Shown one piece after another: positions 36,284 to 44,724 of a DNA stretch of 64,000 nt; within the stretch, counting starts at the first letter, position 1; every line of letters starts with the position of its first letter. This DNA comes from a virus. Below the pieces are notes generated by a model that saw nothing but the letters and a program-made list of their open reading frames with translations, did not search any database and was not told the DNA's origin. The stretch covers positions 10,761 to 74,760 of the IMG/VR virus record IMGVR_UViG_3300035183_001040; one strand, 5' to 3'. Both the position numbers and the translations under genes were made by a program.

Positions 36284-36709
36284 CTACCCCGAGGTGACTG
36301 GAACGTTGGTTACGCCGAAGCTCGGGCGAAAGCGGGCGCTGTAGGGGTAGAGCGGGACGCCGAAGATGTCCGCCAAGCGCTTTGCCCATCTCACATACTC
36401 GCGTTCGAGAAGGTCCGGGTACGTCTCGCCCTGTTTGGAACCACGAAGGGTCAAGTCGCCAAGCTTCTCAGCGGCAAGCTGCGCCGGCGCACGTTTGAGC
36501 AAGCACTCGAGGTTGTCGAGATGGTCAAGGATGCTGACGACGCGCGCGATTGCGTCCGCGTCGACCAGCAGGTTCATGGCCTGTTCGAGCAGGAAGACGG
36601 TCTGCACGGGGCGCGGGATGCCGAACTGCACAGACCCCGCGAACGAGACTTCCATGTAGCCGGTGTGGTACCGGATTCGTTCCCTGTCCTTGCTCGTGAG
36701 GGCTGCCAT
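36284..36709 (-). CDS. Head-tail adaptor protein
   Basis: 141-aa helical protein after the capsid region (ALTSKDRERIRYHTGY). Confidence 0.55.
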   Translation of the reverse strand: MAALTSKDRERIRYHTGYMEVSFAGSVQFGIPRPVQTVFLLEQAMNLLVDADAIARVVSILDHLDNLECLLKRAPAQLAAEKLGDLTLRGSKQGETYPDLLEREYVRWAKRLADIFGVPLYPYSARFRPSFGVTNVPVTSG

Positions 36710-36733
36710 GAGGGGGCGAAGAGCGGGTCTGCG

Positions 36734-37126
36734 TTAGTCTGGCACCTCTTCGAGGGCGACGCCCGCGATTTTCATCTTCTCGATGGCTCCCGAGCCGTAC
36801 AAGGAGTCGCTCACGATGGCGCCTGCGCCGAGTTGAATCATGCTCGCGCCCCAACTGATCGTTGTTGAGACCTTCACGCGGTACTTCTTCGCGGTCGCGG
36901 ACTCCGCGGCTGCGGCCATCTTGCCAGGCGGCGGAAGGACGGGTTCGACGGCCAGCTCGGCTTTCTTTTCTTGCGCGTCGTCGTCTCCGACCTTCTGCGG
37001 CGCAGCGCTGGGCTTCTGCGGCAGCGAGGAAGGCGGAGGCGCCTCGGGATTGTCATCCTGCGTGAGCGCCAAGGGGACGTCGAGCTTTGCAGATTCGAGC
37101 GGGTCTACGGATTTCTTCGAGGCCAT
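36734..37126 (-). CDS. Hypothetical protein downstream of capsid
   Basis: GGAGAG RBS; Pro-rich N-terminus and small C-terminal domain. Confidence 0.7.
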   Translation of the reverse strand: MASKKSVDPLESAKLDVPLALTQDDNPEAPPPSSLPQKPSAAPQKVGDDDAQEKKAELAVEPVLPPPGKMAAAAESATAKKYRVKVSTTISWGASMIQLGAGAIVSDSLYGSGAIEKMKIAGVALEEVPD

Positions 37127-37139
37127 CTTGCTCTCCGTG

Positions 37140-37790
37140 GGACGGGGAAAAGTAGCGGCGACGCCGACCGCGGTTCAAACCAGGCTAAAAGCCCAAGGTT
37201 TACGAGCAGGGCTAGGCTCGATGCTGGGCGAAACCGCGGTCGGCGTCAGACGTGACCAGGCGCACCGAAACGGGCGAACCGTATCGGAAGCGGTGGTGCG
37301 TCCTTGGCACGGAGGCCTTCCGAAGAAGGCTCGCAGCCATGCCGCCGAAAGCGGCCGCGGTTCCATGGCCCGAAGGCCAGGGTTTGCGACCGCTTACGGT
37401 ACCGAGCCGCGAAACGCGAGGTTTCGCGCGAGGCTCTGCCGAAAAGACCTCGACCGAAGAGGTCTTCGGCGAATGCGCCCGGCACCTACAACCCGGCGGC
37501 TGGCAAGTGCTCACGGCCGAGGCCGAAAGCGAGCCGCAGGGGTGGCAGAGAGCACCTTTGCCGAGGTGCTCTGAAGGTTGGCGCGAAGAAGCCAAACCAC
37601 TGCCGAAAAAAGCACTGACGGCAACAGGAGCACGTTGCCGCGTGCAAGGCCGCCCGAACGAATCGGAGCAGCCCCGGCGCAAACCGGCCGAGTCGAACGG
37701 CCAGGTCCGCAGGAAAAGAGCAGACCCCCGCGCAGCCCTCTGAGGAGAGGAGGAAGCTGAACTCGAAGGCTGCGCGGGAGTCTGCGCCAT
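37140..37790. ncRNA. Putative large (~650 nt) structured non-coding RNA
   Basis: About ten stems, including a perfect 16-bp stem 37160-75/37232-47 and an 18-bp stem 37720-37/37768-85; no credible ORF. Confidence 0.6.
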
Positions 37791-37795
37791 CGTGG

Positions 37796-39205
37796 TCACT
37801 CGCCGTGCTCGATGACGGCGAAGCGCTTGTAGCGGGCAACACCGCCCGTCGCACCGTCGGTGCGCAAGGGCCAGTCGCCGATGAACTTCCACGCCGTCGA
37901 CACCATGTCCTGCAGGCGGTTGAGCGGTGCGCGGATGATGAGTTGAATGCGGTCGCTCATCACCTCGATGCCGTTGTTGACGATGTGCGGGTCCCCGACC
38001 TTGCCGAGCAACCCTGCTTCCGTGAGCAGGTTGGACAGGTCGGAGTAGTACTCGTAGATGCCGCCCTGCGCCGTGAACAGGATGCGGTGCACCTTGACGT
38101 TGTTCACGTTGTAGAGTTCGCCCGCGAACGGGTCGCGCTTGTCGAAGACCTGCGTTGCGTTGCTGCCGCCGTCTCCGACCACCGTACCGGCGCCGCCGAC
38201 CGGGGCTCGGCTGTTGCGGAAGAAGACGGTGTTGAGAAGCTCGCCGATCGCGAACTTCTTGTACATGTAGTAGTCGGGCAGCGCGGTGAGCAGACGCTGG
38301 AACTCGTTGTCCTGGTATATCTTCGCCTGCGAGACCGGGTCGAGGTGCGCGTGGAAGCGTCCGTCTGGGTGCTCGGGCACGTTCTGTTGCCAGAAGTACG
38401 ACACCGCGGCTCGAATGTCCGCGAGCGTTGGCAACGAGGAGCTCAAGATGGTGTCGATGCTGTTGCCACCGCTGACGCGGAAAATCTCCGTCCGGTCGAC
38501 GGAGAAGACGTAGGCGCGGTCCGCGACGGTGACGGCAGCGTCGAGCGTGAGCGTTCCCGGCCCCGTCTCGTCTCCGGGCGTGTCCGGCGTGAAGCCGATG
38601 ACGTTGCGCGTCACATCGTTGCCGCCCGAGAACGTGTGGATGAGCAGCGGGTTGGTCGAGGAGACGAAATCGTACTGAACCGGCGAGCCGCCTGCGAGGT
38701 TCGGGTTGCGCGCGCGCGTGAAGCCGTTGAGGCGCTTGACGCGAAGCGTGGTTGTGGCGGCTTGCGCACCGTCCGCCACCGTCCAGCCGCTCAGCGCTGC
38801 GTTGTACATCTGGTCTCGGACCTTGGTGTCGAGCGCGAGCGCGGCCATGAGGCCGAGTTGGTGGCAGTTGCGCAGGAACAGGTTCGCGATCGCCACCATG
38901 CTGGTCGGCATGTGCGTGTCGATCGCGCCGGCGTACTGCTGAAGCTGCGCGGTCCACTGCTCCTGCGGGAACGACGCGACGGCGGGCTCGTCGCCGGGTT
39001 TGAGCGGCGAGGCATCGACGGTCATGAGACCGGCGGCGGTGAACACCATGGTGTCACCGACACCTGCCGGCCACGGCTGCGGGGTTGCCTCGCCCCGGAA
39101 CAGAATGCGCGGAAACAGCGCATCGTGGAACGCGCGCTCCAGGATGTTCTGCTGAACCAGCGCACGAATCTGAGGCGCTTGGAGAATGACGGAAAAGTCG
39201 GGCAT
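37796..39205 (-). CDS. Major capsid protein
   Basis: 469 aa after the scaffold; HK97-fold-like spacing (GDTMVF...LQQYAG...FHAHLDP...IGELLNTVF...DPLNR-like APLNR). Confidence 0.85.
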   Translation of the reverse strand: MPDFSVILQAPQIRALVQQNILERAFHDALFPRILFRGEATPQPWPAGVGDTMVFTAAGLMTVDASPLKPGDEPAVASFPQEQWTAQLQQYAGAIDTHMPTSMVAIANLFLRNCHQLGLMAALALDTKVRDQMYNAALSGWTVADGAQAATTTLRVKRLNGFTRARNPNLAGGSPVQYDFVSSTNPLLIHTFSGGNDVTRNVIGFTPDTPGDETGPGTLTLDAAVTVADRAYVFSVDRTEIFRVSGGNSIDTILSSSLPTLADIRAAVSYFWQQNVPEHPDGRFHAHLDPVSQAKIYQDNEFQRLLTALPDYYMYKKFAIGELLNTVFFRNSRAPVGGAGTVVGDGGSNATQVFDKRDPFAGELYNVNNVKVHRILFTAQGGIYEYYSDLSNLLTEAGLLGKVGDPHIVNNGIEVMSDRIQLIIRAPLNRLQDMVSTAWKFIGDWPLRTDGATGGVARYKRFAVIEHGE

Positions 39206-39270
39206 GGGTTGCGATCCTTCGTCCTAGTTGCTGCTTGGGTTACACGAAGAATAGCAGACTTGCGCGACGG

Positions 39271-40125
39271 TCAACGCGGGATTGTAGCAACGTCGGGCAG
39301 TTGAAGCCCCATGTTTGCGAGGAGCTTGTGGAACTCCTCGGCCGGCATCTTGGTTGCGTCGAGCGTCCCGTTGCTTGCCCCGTCGCGCGTCACCTTTTCG
39401 GGCTTCGGTGCGGGGGGCAAGCCACCTGCCTCTTCGGGTTTGGAAGCGGTCGTCGCCGGCTGCTCCCGAATCTCGTAGAGGTAGGGGTGGGTTTTGCGCA
39501 GCTCGGTGCGGAAGAATTGCTCCTCGTCGAAGGCTCGGAGTTCCTCTTCCGTCTTGCCGCGCATCATTCGGCGCAAGAGCTCCACGGCGTAGTCGACATC
39601 CTGCACGCCACACTTGACCGCGGCAAGGCGCAGCTCGGCCTCTGCTTCCTTCGCGTCCAGGTGTGACTGCAGTTGTGCGGCTCGCTTCTCCGCCTTCGCC
39701 CTCGCCGAGCGCTCCTTGCGAAGTTTGTCGTCGAGGTCCTGCAACTGCCGTTGCAGGCGTTGGAGCTCACGACTCGAAGCATGAGCCTGGCCGTTGCGTT
39801 GCGGCTGTTGAGGAGCCGAGCGCTTCGGCTGGTTACCGGCTTGCTTCGGTTGCTGCTTGATGCTCATGGCGGCTTTGCGAAGCAGGTCCTCGTGCGAAGC
39901 GAACCCCAAGGCTTTCGCCTTTTCGTCAAGCTCGCGCAAGAACTGCTTCTTGCCTCGTTCCCTCTCCTCGGTCTTGATTCGCGCCATCGAAGATGTCGGA
40001 ATCGAGATCACCTTCGCACCGCCGTTCTTCTGTGAAGAGCCGGAGTGCTTTGGTTGATCCTGCTGAGAAGAGGATGGTTGCTGAGATGCCGTGCTTACCG
40101 TCTCGGTTGTCTGCTCGTTGTCCAT
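39271..40125 (-). CDS. Capsid scaffolding protein
   Basis: Q/E/K coiled coil; AVKCGVQDVDY...LRKTHPYLY; immediately upstream of the capsid gene. Confidence 0.8.
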   Translation of the reverse strand: MDNEQTTETVSTASQQPSSSQQDQPKHSGSSQKNGGAKVISIPTSSMARIKTEERERGKKQFLRELDEKAKALGFASHEDLLRKAAMSIKQQPKQAGNQPKRSAPQQPQRNGQAHASSRELQRLQRQLQDLDDKLRKERSARAKAEKRAAQLQSHLDAKEAEAELRLAAVKCGVQDVDYAVELLRRMMRGKTEEELRAFDEEQFFRTELRKTHPYLYEIREQPATTASKPEEAGGLPPAPKPEKVTRDGASNGTLDATKMPAEEFHKLLANMGLQLPDVATIPR

Positions 40126-40310
40126 CGCCGATTTTTCTCTCTTCGCGCGTCTCCGTCTCGGTCTACCGACTGTTTTACCGCCGTCGTTGCGCGTTTGCAG
40201 GACGACAGATCAGCGGAAGCTGAGCGAATACTCGTTGATGGCTGTGGGAAAAGGAAGGTTCTGAAGAACCCAGACAGGCTTGACCACCCCGGCCCATTCC
40301 GGGGTTTGGG

Positions 40311-40787
40311 TCAAGAGCTGGGCGCAAACTCGCTCGTCACCGGCACGGCGCCACGCGGGGTGTAGTGCAGTTCGAAGCCGGTGATGGTGGTGGGGAAGGT
40401 GAGCACCTTCCCGTCGTCGGACAGTTTGGCGAGCCCCACACTGGACCCGCCCGAGGGCGAAAGCGGCGTCGAGCCCGCGTCGCCGACGACGTACGAGCCG
40501 ACGGTCGCGGGCGTGCCCGATGTCGTGCAGCGCAAAGTCAGCACGGAGCCGATCGGGGGCAGGTTCTCGCCCGTGTCGAGGTCGATGCCGGAGATGACCG
40601 CGGCCGCCTTCACTGCCGCGCTTGTGATGTCCGGGGTTGCGGTCGCTGTGAGACCCGACACGACGACCTTGACCACGGCGTTCTGCGCGCCTGCCTTGAG
40701 CATCTGGAACGCGCGCGGCATGCGGTTGATGTCGCCGCTGTTGAGAACACGCTGAATGGATTCGGTTTTGGTTGCGGTTACGGCCAT
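40311..40787 (-). CDS. Putative head decoration/structural protein
   Basis: T/S/G/V-rich 158 aa in the head module. Confidence 0.55.
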   Translation of the reverse strand: MAVTATKTESIQRVLNSGDINRMPRAFQMLKAGAQNAVVKVVVSGLTATATPDITSAAVKAAAVISGIDLDTGENLPPIGSVLTLRCTTSGTPATVGSYVVGDAGSTPLSPSGGSSVGLAKLSDDGKVLTFPTTITGFELHYTPRGAVPVTSEFAPSS

Positions 40788-40815
40788 TGTTTCCTTCTCC
40801 GGGGGCTCTCTTCTC

Positions 40816-41214
40816 TTACGGGCCCATGTCGCCCAAGAGCACCTTGACTGTGGTGAGGGTAGCAGGAGTTCTCGTCACGTCAACTGCTGTGATGGGCGTA
40901 GAAGTCGAAATCACGATGAGCAACGGGTCTGCGGGAACGCTTTGTACGGCGCCGTCGATCGTCGTGATGCGTAGTCGGACCTTGCCTCCGACTGCGCGCA
41001 CCTGGAGCACGTGGGCGGCTTTGATTGCGTCGTTTGGACCGCCGACTGGCAGCGTAACAGGAGCGTCGGCGGTAAGGGTGTACTCGACCTCCAGTTTGCG
41101 CGCGAGCAGTACGGACTCTTGGACCGGGGCAGTGAACGTCGGATCGAACGACTGCACGCCGAACTCGGCCGGGTCTACGGTCCAAGCTCCCGCGAGCGTG
41201 TAGAGGCTGGCCAT
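40816..41214 (-). CDS. Putative structural protein
   Basis: Beta-rich 132 aa. Confidence 0.6.
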   Translation of the reverse strand: MASLYTLAGAWTVDPAEFGVQSFDPTFTAPVQESVLLARKLEVEYTLTADAPVTLPVGGPNDAIKAAHVLQVRAVGGKVRLRITTIDGAVQSVPADPLLIVISTSTPITAVDVTRTPATLTTVKVLLGDMGP

Positions 41215-41252
41215 CGCGCGTTACACCGAAGACGCTGCGCGTCGCGCTGACG

Positions 41253-41450
41253 TCAGCGCTGCCCGGTCGCGGCGCTGAGGTTCTTGAAGGGGTTCTTGTC
41301 GGGGGCCTTTGGCATCTGCGCCTGCGGGTAGTGCAACTCCACGGCGAGCGCGCCCTGAATCGGGTCGTTGTAGGTGCCGGTTTGGGCCTTGATCGCATCC
41401 ATCGGATCTTGGAATTGCGCGTCTTGGCCGATCTTGCTCACGTCGATCAT
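41253..41450 (-). CDS. Small protein, GxYxD/PFxNL family member
   Basis: GTYND...NPFKNL; AAAGGAA RBS. Confidence 0.7.
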   Translation of the reverse strand: MIDVSKIGQDAQFQDPMDAIKAQTGTYNDPIQGALAVELHYPQAQMPKAPDKNPFKNLSAATGQR

Positions 41451-41470
41451 CGGAGGGGTTCCTTTCTTCT

Positions 41471-41665
41471 TCAGGGCGCGAGGTCTTGGTTGTGGAGGTT
41501 TCGGAAGGGCGTGACCGTGCTCGTTGCCTGCGCGAGCTTGGCCTTGGTGCGTACCTGGGCGAGTTCGTCTGCGTACACGCCGAACTCGTAGTCGTAGCAG
41601 CGTGCGGGGTCGAAGTCGGGCTTCCCTTGCCCGACCGAGGCGGCGATCTGGTTGTTCTTCGTCAT
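41471..41665 (-). CDS. Small protein, GxYxD/PFxNL family member
   Basis: GVYADE...TPFRNL; GAGAGG RBS. Confidence 0.7.
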   Translation of the reverse strand: MTKNNQIAASVGQGKPDFDPARCYDYEFGVYADELAQVRTKAKLAQATSTVTPFRNLHNQDLAP

Positions 41666-41678
41666 GGTGTGGCCTCTC

Positions 41679-41939
41679 TCACTGGTTGTACTTGCCTCGG
41701 AGGTTGGTCAAGGGGCGAGGTTCGTGCGGCGGACGAGGTTTGAGGGCGGCCGAAGGAGGCGGAAGGGCTGCGGCTGCCTCGTCTGCGTAAACACCGCCGG
41801 AGACTGCCTTCGGGGCGCCGGCCGCGTGGTCGTAGGGCAAGTCTTCGGGGAACGAGGCGGGCGCAGTGCCCTTGTCCTCCGCAATCGAACGGAGGGTGCG
41901 AGGTTGAGCTGCGGGGCGAACTCCCTTGTGTCTGTCCAT
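41679..41939 (-). CDS. Small protein, GxYxD/PLxNL family member
   Basis: GVYADE...RPLTNL. Confidence 0.7.
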   Translation of the reverse strand: MDRHKGVRPAAQPRTLRSIAEDKGTAPASFPEDLPYDHAAGAPKAVSGGVYADEAAAALPPPSAALKPRPPHEPRPLTNLRGKYNQ

Positions 41940-41942
41940 GGG

Positions 41943-42335
41943 TCACTTCCTCTTTGGCTTGTAGCCTTGTGCCTTCATCCAGTGCGCCAGCGCCCAGGGG
42001 TTGTCGACGTCTGACTCCTTCTTCAGCGACTTTACCACGCGCTCCCAACCTGCGCCTGACGGAGTTGCGTTGTGCATGTCGGAATAAGGCCCTGGAACCA
42101 CCGGGCCTTTGGGCGGGCGGTGGTCGACGAGACGCTCGACGGGGCTTGCGCCCGAATCGTTGAAGCGCCGCTCGGGCAAGTCGCTCCAGCCACGGTTTCC
42201 TCGGGCACGCCCCTCCGGCGAATCGCCAGCTACGGTAACCGCGCCGAACTTGTTCGAGCCGTGAAAGTCCGACTCGCGCAGCGGCACGGGCCGAGGCGTG
42301 TCGAGAGGTACCGTGTAGAAGTTCTCCTTGGCCAT
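41943..42335 (-). CDS. Hypothetical protein (MAKENFYTV...NPWALAHWMKAQGY)
   Basis: C-terminal part of ORF 41943..43211; start ATG 42335. Confidence 0.65.
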   Translation of the reverse strand: MAKENFYTVPLDTPRPVPLRESDFHGSNKFGAVTVAGDSPEGRARGNRGWSDLPERRFNDSGASPVERLVDHRPPKGPVVPGPYSDMHNATPSGAGWERVVKSLKKESDVDNPWALAHWMKAQGYKPKRK

Positions 42336-42379
42336 GAGCCAAATCGTACGGCTGAAGGGCGCTCGGCGCAAAGGGGAAA

Positions 42380-42985
42380 TCAATCCTCGTCCGCGCCGCC
42401 GTAGTCGTAGTCGTCGAACTCGTCGAGGTCGCTGCCCTCGACATCTTCCTCGTCCTCCTCGTCTTCGAGGTCGAGGTCCTTTGCTACGGCCGCCGCGCGC
42501 ACGATCCACCCCGCGAGCAGGTCGGGGTCGGCGTCCTCGATGTACCCCTCGCCTTGGAGGTGCGTGGCGAGTTTGTACGCTGAGTCCATGTCGATTGGCG
42601 CGAGCTCGCCAAGCTCCTGGACAAGCTCGGTGTCGAGCTCCTTCACGCCCGACTCGAACAGTTTTTGCTCGGCCTCGTCGAGCTCGACGTGCGGGTCCTC
42701 GAGCGCTTCTCGACTCGCCTCGTCGAGGCAGTAGCCGATGTCCTCGGCGTGCTTTTCGAGGAGGCGAATGAGAGCGCTGTACTTTCCCTCGCCGCCTTCC
42801 TTGAAGTCGTCGTCCTTCGTGGCTTGGTTGCCCCCGCCCTTCTTCGGCGGAGCGGAACTGCCTTTCTTCCCCGCTTCCTTTGTCGCAGCAGCCTGCTTTC
42901 CGGTGGCCTTCTGCGGAGGCGGTTCCACCAACTTCTGCGGGCCAGTGCCTTTGCTCGCGAACGCCTTGAGTTTCGTCGTGTCCAT
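42380..42985 (-). CDS. Hypothetical protein, basic N-terminus and very acidic C-terminus
   Basis: 201-aa ORF with an AAAGG RBS-like site. Confidence 0.75.
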   Translation of the reverse strand: MDTTKLKAFASKGTGPQKLVEPPPQKATGKQAAATKEAGKKGSSAPPKKGGGNQATKDDDFKEGGEGKYSALIRLLEKHAEDIGYCLDEASREALEDPHVELDEAEQKLFESGVKELDTELVQELGELAPIDMDSAYKLATHLQGEGYIEDADPDLLAGWIVRAAAVAKDLDLEDEEDEEDVEGSDLDEFDDYDYGGADED

Positions 42986-43015
42986 CCTGTGCGTGCCTTT
43001 CTCCCTTGGAGCGTA

Positions 43016-43987
43016 TCAGTCCTCCGGTTCTACGTCGCCAAGTAGTTCGTGCCGCTTGCGCCTGCCGCGCGGCGGTGTGAGCCACCTGCGCGTCCTGCCC
43101 GTCCAAACCCATCCAGGGATCCCCCAGCCCGGCGCCCAGGGCGTGAGCACGGCGCGGTCGTTGGGGCGGTTGGGCGGGTGGTACCAGGTCTTGCCGATCA
43201 TGCCCTCCCAAACGCGCGTGTTCGGAGGCATGATGAACTTGCCGCCCAAGGGTGCAAGCTGCGCGTGCAGTTCCATACTGTCGTCGGCAACCTTGTCGTC
43301 GAGCGGGTTGCCGTCAAGATCAATCTTTTCGGTCCAGCGCTGCATGAGCCCGGGCACCGCGCGCGAAAGCGCGGCGAGCGCGACGGCCTGGGCAAGATTG
43401 AAGGCGTGCGCGGTTTCGGTGTTGGCCACGCGCTCAACGCGCCACCACTGCCCTTCGAGCGCGTCGTGCAAGTCGGTTACGAGGTCTTGCGCACCACCTT
43501 CCTCGGGCTGTGCCGTCGAGAGTGCTGCAACTTTTCGGGCGAGAAGTTCCTGCAGGCTCGCGTCAACCGCAGCGACCGCTGATGCAATCGACTGCGCGCG
43601 CTGCTCCTCGACGCGGCCTCTGTGCTCGCCGACGATTGCGCGCACGTAGGCAGGATCGTCAATGTAGGTTGGGACCGAAGGCGCGACTGCGCGAAGAAGA
43701 GCACCCAAGCTGTAGAGCGCATCGGTCATCGTGTCGCTCGATGCGCGCCGCAGCTCTGCCCCGAGCTCCGTGCCGAGGTCGAGCAAATGGCTGCGCAGGG
43801 CCGCAGACAGCGCCTGTTGCAGCGCGGCAAAGTTCCCACGACTTCGACGAGAAACGGAAACGAAGTCCGCCAGCATCCGACTCGTGCGCGCGTCCCAGAG
43901 AGTGCGCAGAGGGGTGCGGGCTTGCTGATCGATGGCGCGGTCGAGCGCTGCCTGGTGGCTCAGCACCGCGGTGTCAAGCCCGCGCAT
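43016..43987 (-). CDS. Minor head morphogenesis protein (Mu gpF / SPP1 gp7-like)
   Basis: ERVANTETAHAFN...HPPNRPNDRA. Confidence 0.75.
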   Translation of the reverse strand: MRGLDTAVLSHQAALDRAIDQQARTPLRTLWDARTSRMLADFVSVSRRSRGNFAALQQALSAALRSHLLDLGTELGAELRRASSDTMTDALYSLGALLRAVAPSVPTYIDDPAYVRAIVGEHRGRVEEQRAQSIASAVAAVDASLQELLARKVAALSTAQPEEGGAQDLVTDLHDALEGQWWRVERVANTETAHAFNLAQAVALAALSRAVPGLMQRWTEKIDLDGNPLDDKVADDSMELHAQLAPLGGKFIMPPNTRVWEGMIGKTWYHPPNRPNDRAVLTPWAPGWGIPGWVWTGRTRRWLTPPRGRRKRHELLGDVEPED

Positions 43988-44300
43988 TGTCGCCCCTTCG
44001 TTGCGCCAGGCGCTCCTTGAGCCTGTACCTGAAGGCCCACGTCCAGACGAGCAGTTTGAGCCCGCACCACGTCCCTGCAACCCACCAGGTCCAGAAGAGC
44101 CAGCAGGCGAGGCGGAGGGCGGTAGAGGGTTCGACGCTGAAGGAGGTCACGGTCTTTCTGCCTTGGTAGAAGTCGAGCGCGTCGCCGCGCGTGACAACCG
44201 CGAACTCCGCGCCGTCGGCGGACGGACGTCGGAACACGCGCCCTGCCCCAGGAATGCGCCGGGCTAGAACGCGCCGCGCCACTGCGCCGAGCCAAGGCAT
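43974..44300 (-). CDS. Hypothetical Trp-rich membrane-associated protein
   Basis: LACWLFWTWWVAGTWCGLKLLVWTW. Confidence 0.55.
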   Translation of the reverse strand: MPWLGAVARRVLARRIPGAGRVFRRPSADGAEFAVVTRGDALDFYQGRKTVTSFSVEPSTALRLACWLFWTWWVAGTWCGLKLLVWTWAFRYRLKERLAQRRGDNARA

Positions 44301-44313
44301 CTCGCGCCCACAC

Positions 44314-44508
44314 CTACGGTTCGGGGTTGCTCGGGGGAACGCCAACAGGCGCCTCGAACGGCACGAACACGCCGTCCTTGGTCCTCTTGAGCGTCAGAGC
44401 ACGCTCGCGAAGCTCCTCGGGGAGAGAGGCAAACTCGGCCTCGGTTGGAGGCGACTGGTCGTCGGAGAGTTCGTACCACCTGCCTTGATACTGCGCGTAC
44501 GGGGGCAT
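44314..44508 (-). CDS. Small protein, paralogue B
   Basis: PYAQYQGRWYELSDDQSPPT..; GAGAGG RBS. Confidence 0.75.
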   Translation of the reverse strand: MPPYAQYQGRWYELSDDQSPPTEAEFASLPEELRERALTLKRTKDGVFVPFEAPVGVPPSNPEP

Positions 44509-44519
44509 TGCGACACCTC

Positions 44520-44714
44520 TCACACGTGAACAGGGCACCCGTCGATCGGCTCGTCGAACACCTTCCCGAGCACAAGCGCGCCGGTCTTGGTGCGAACGAG
44601 CGCCGAAGCGCGCGCGCGGAGTGCCGGAGGGAGTGCCTCGAGTTCTTCCTGCGTAGGCGGAGACTGATCGGCCGCGACCTCGTACCATTCGTTCTGGAAC
44701 TTCACGTAGGGCAT
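44520..44714 (-). CDS. Small protein, paralogue A
   Basis: PYVKFQNEWYEVAADQSPPT..; GAGG RBS. Confidence 0.75.
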   Translation of the reverse strand: MPYVKFQNEWYEVAADQSPPTQEELEALPPALRARASALVRTKTGALVLGKVFDEPIDGCPVHV

Positions 44715-44724
44715 TTGAGTCACC

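Noticed and set aside
37140-37790. Group I/II intron, RNase P or tmRNA identity for the structured region
   Set aside because: It is intergenic with intact flanking genes, and I could not find the diagnostic conserved sequences by eye.
37212-38957. Long alternative-frame and antisense ORFs (this 581-aa ORF; also 35306..36868, 37805..39304, 56343..57608)
   Set aside because: Arg/Ala/Pro-rich shadow frames of GC-rich genes with no motifs; the real genes occupy other frames.
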